64,000 nucleotides of DNA from Raillietiella orientalis (lineage: Eukaryota). The position numbers and the translations under genes are program-made. The stretch is taken from positions 124,001-188,000 of the forward strand of contig JAYWIR010000004.1 of NCBI GenBank assembly GCA_036172245.1. The letters are read 5' to 3'. This document shows positions 62,274 through 64,000 of the stretch, piece after piece; the stretch's first letter is position 1, and every line of letters begins with the position of its first letter. The notes under the pieces were generated by a model. That model saw nothing but the letters and a program-made list of their open reading frames with translations, was not told the DNA's origin and ran no database searches.

Positions 62274-64000
62274 TCTCCACCTACTCAGCGGAGGTGGAAA
62301 TGGCGCCGTGCTCTTTGACCCCGTTTCTCGACGGTCGCCACCGGCCTTGTGCCAGTCTTCCGGCTTGGTCCGTTCGGCGAATCACCCTCTCGAGGAGGGA
62401 GCTCGCGGGATGGGAGAATGCCGACATGTCCAATGTCGGGCCGCCGTGAGCGCACGCCGAAGGACAGCCGCCGGGCGGTCGTCACCCCTCTAGAGGAGCC
62501 CCTCGACGAAGACGCAGCTTCTGTGGTCACTCGATCTTCACCTGCCCTCCAGAAGCGGCTTCACCCGCCCGCGGGGGCGTCGCCGAGCTGCCTTCCCCTC
62601 TTGACGCCGCGGGGTTCCTCCTCTGCTTCTCCGCTCCGCCGGACGGGCTCTGGGAGCGGCAGGGGCCATCTGCGGCCGCTCCTCCCGCTAGCGGAGTCCA
62701 GGAGGAACCCCGCTCTCTCCCACAGCCTCTTGGATGCGGTCGGATTTCAGGAGCGTTCGGGACCCCCCCCCCCCATAGGTCCTCTCGCCCGCCCTTGATC
62801 GCGCTCCCTATCGTAGGCGGGTCATCTGGCAGGAACGTCCTCTTTCGCAGACGCGGAGTCTTGCTGGAGGCGCGGCAGGGACGAGGAGGGGCTCAGAGCG
62901 TTCGTCTTGGGCTGCCCGCTGACGCGTGGTTGACGTCCTTGGAGGTGGAGGAAGGGGCGGCGGATGGGAGTGGCTGCAGCGACGCGTTCTCCTTCCGAGG
63001 GCGGTTGCTGACTTCTCCCTCACGCGGGTTGGCTGGGAGCAGCGCGGCTCGGATGCTGAGGTCGCCGCCCTGGTAACCAGCTCGCCGCCGCTCCGGAGGG
63101 GGGCTGGGGGTAAGTCGCGAAGGAGAGGCCAACCAACTCGCAAGGGCGGGGCACATCGCCTTGAGGGAGAGTCGGCAGTGCGTAGAACGCCGGCACCGCC
63201 TCGGGCGGGAACCGGAAACTCGAGGACGTTGGGTTTCCCTCCTTCTTACCAGAGGGGAATGCGCGCGCGCGCGTCCTCTGCTGGGCCCGTGGGCGGGGAT
63301 GGCGGCGGCGAGCGTCGATGGCCGTCGTCCGCCGAGGTTCCCTGTTCCATCCCCTCTGGAGATACGGAATGAGTCCCGCGCGGCCTTCGAGGCTCCGGCT
63401 TGCACGAGCGCATAGTTGCCGCGGGGAAAACCCAGCGTCCAGACTCCAGAACGTTCTCTTGGCTGGGATCCGGCCGTCGATGCTGGTTCACTGAAACGGG
63501 TTTGGCGGGCGGTCCCGTCCGGGTCGTCAGGGGCGGAGCTCCTCGAAAGCGAAAGTTTGGCTCCCGGGATGACGCTTCCTCCCCTCTCGCCGGGAGAGCG
63601 TTCCTTCGGTCCTCGGTTGGGTGCTGCTGCGGCCGCTTGTCTCTCTTTGCCTTTCCCGTGATCGCTTTCGCCGCTCCCTACGATTCGGTCGTCTACGTGA
63701 CGATGGCGCGAATTCGCTGCTCCTGTGGGCGCGCGCCTTGGAGCCACCCGTCCGGTGACGACGCAGCTGCGGGAAGCGTTCTGTCCACGAATGCGCCACT
63801 GGCCCACGCGGTGTCACCAGGAGGGGAGTGGGCAGGTGCGAATCGAAGCCCATCGTTTCCTCGCCCCTTGCTCCATCTCCATCTAACGACAGGGCGCAGA
63901 ACGAGGGCGCAGCGTCTCTTTCCCCAACAAGGAGTCGCAGGGCCGCAGCCACACTCCTCTTCCCGATCGCTCCCGGGAGGTGCCAGTGCTAGAGTGCCTT

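Noticed and set aside
60718..63952. Many long overlapping ORFs (up to 311 aa) on both strands
   Set aside because: Expected from stop-codon scarcity in GC-rich DNA; Arg/Gly/Pro/Ala/Ser-rich with no recognisable motifs.
1..64000. CRISPR arrays, operons or other prokaryotic systems
   Set aside because: The sequence is intron-containing animal DNA; no repeat-spacer arrays or bacterial genes were seen.

Overview
Eukaryotic, most likely arthropod, nuclear DNA; the species cannot be identified from sequence alone. Compact clusters of AT-rich, CpG-depleted housekeeping genes with very short introns (mostly 41-53 nt) alternate with gene-poor tracts full of decayed retroelements. Hand-reconstructed genes: HR96 nuclear receptor (5'-partial), SPATA22, MORN3, ZCCHC8, SMIM14, spinster, TMEM120, SNRNP48, STK36/fused and an unrecognised small protein with a duplicated zinc-binding module. 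Main observations: (1) a ~6 kb GC-rich island that looks foreign but is the body of a native MORN3 gene whose AT-rich first exon lies outside it, suggesting extreme local GC-biased evolution, with a second island at the right edge; (2) two different L1/Tx1-like retrotransposons stacked at one TG(A/G)TGCTAT target, with nested target-site duplications and a shared tail-less 3' stem-loop; (3) a U12-type 5' splice-site motif and a candidate poison exon in an oversized SNRNP48 intron, resembling the U11 feedback switch. All gene identities come from motif recognition and hand splicing; no database searches were run.
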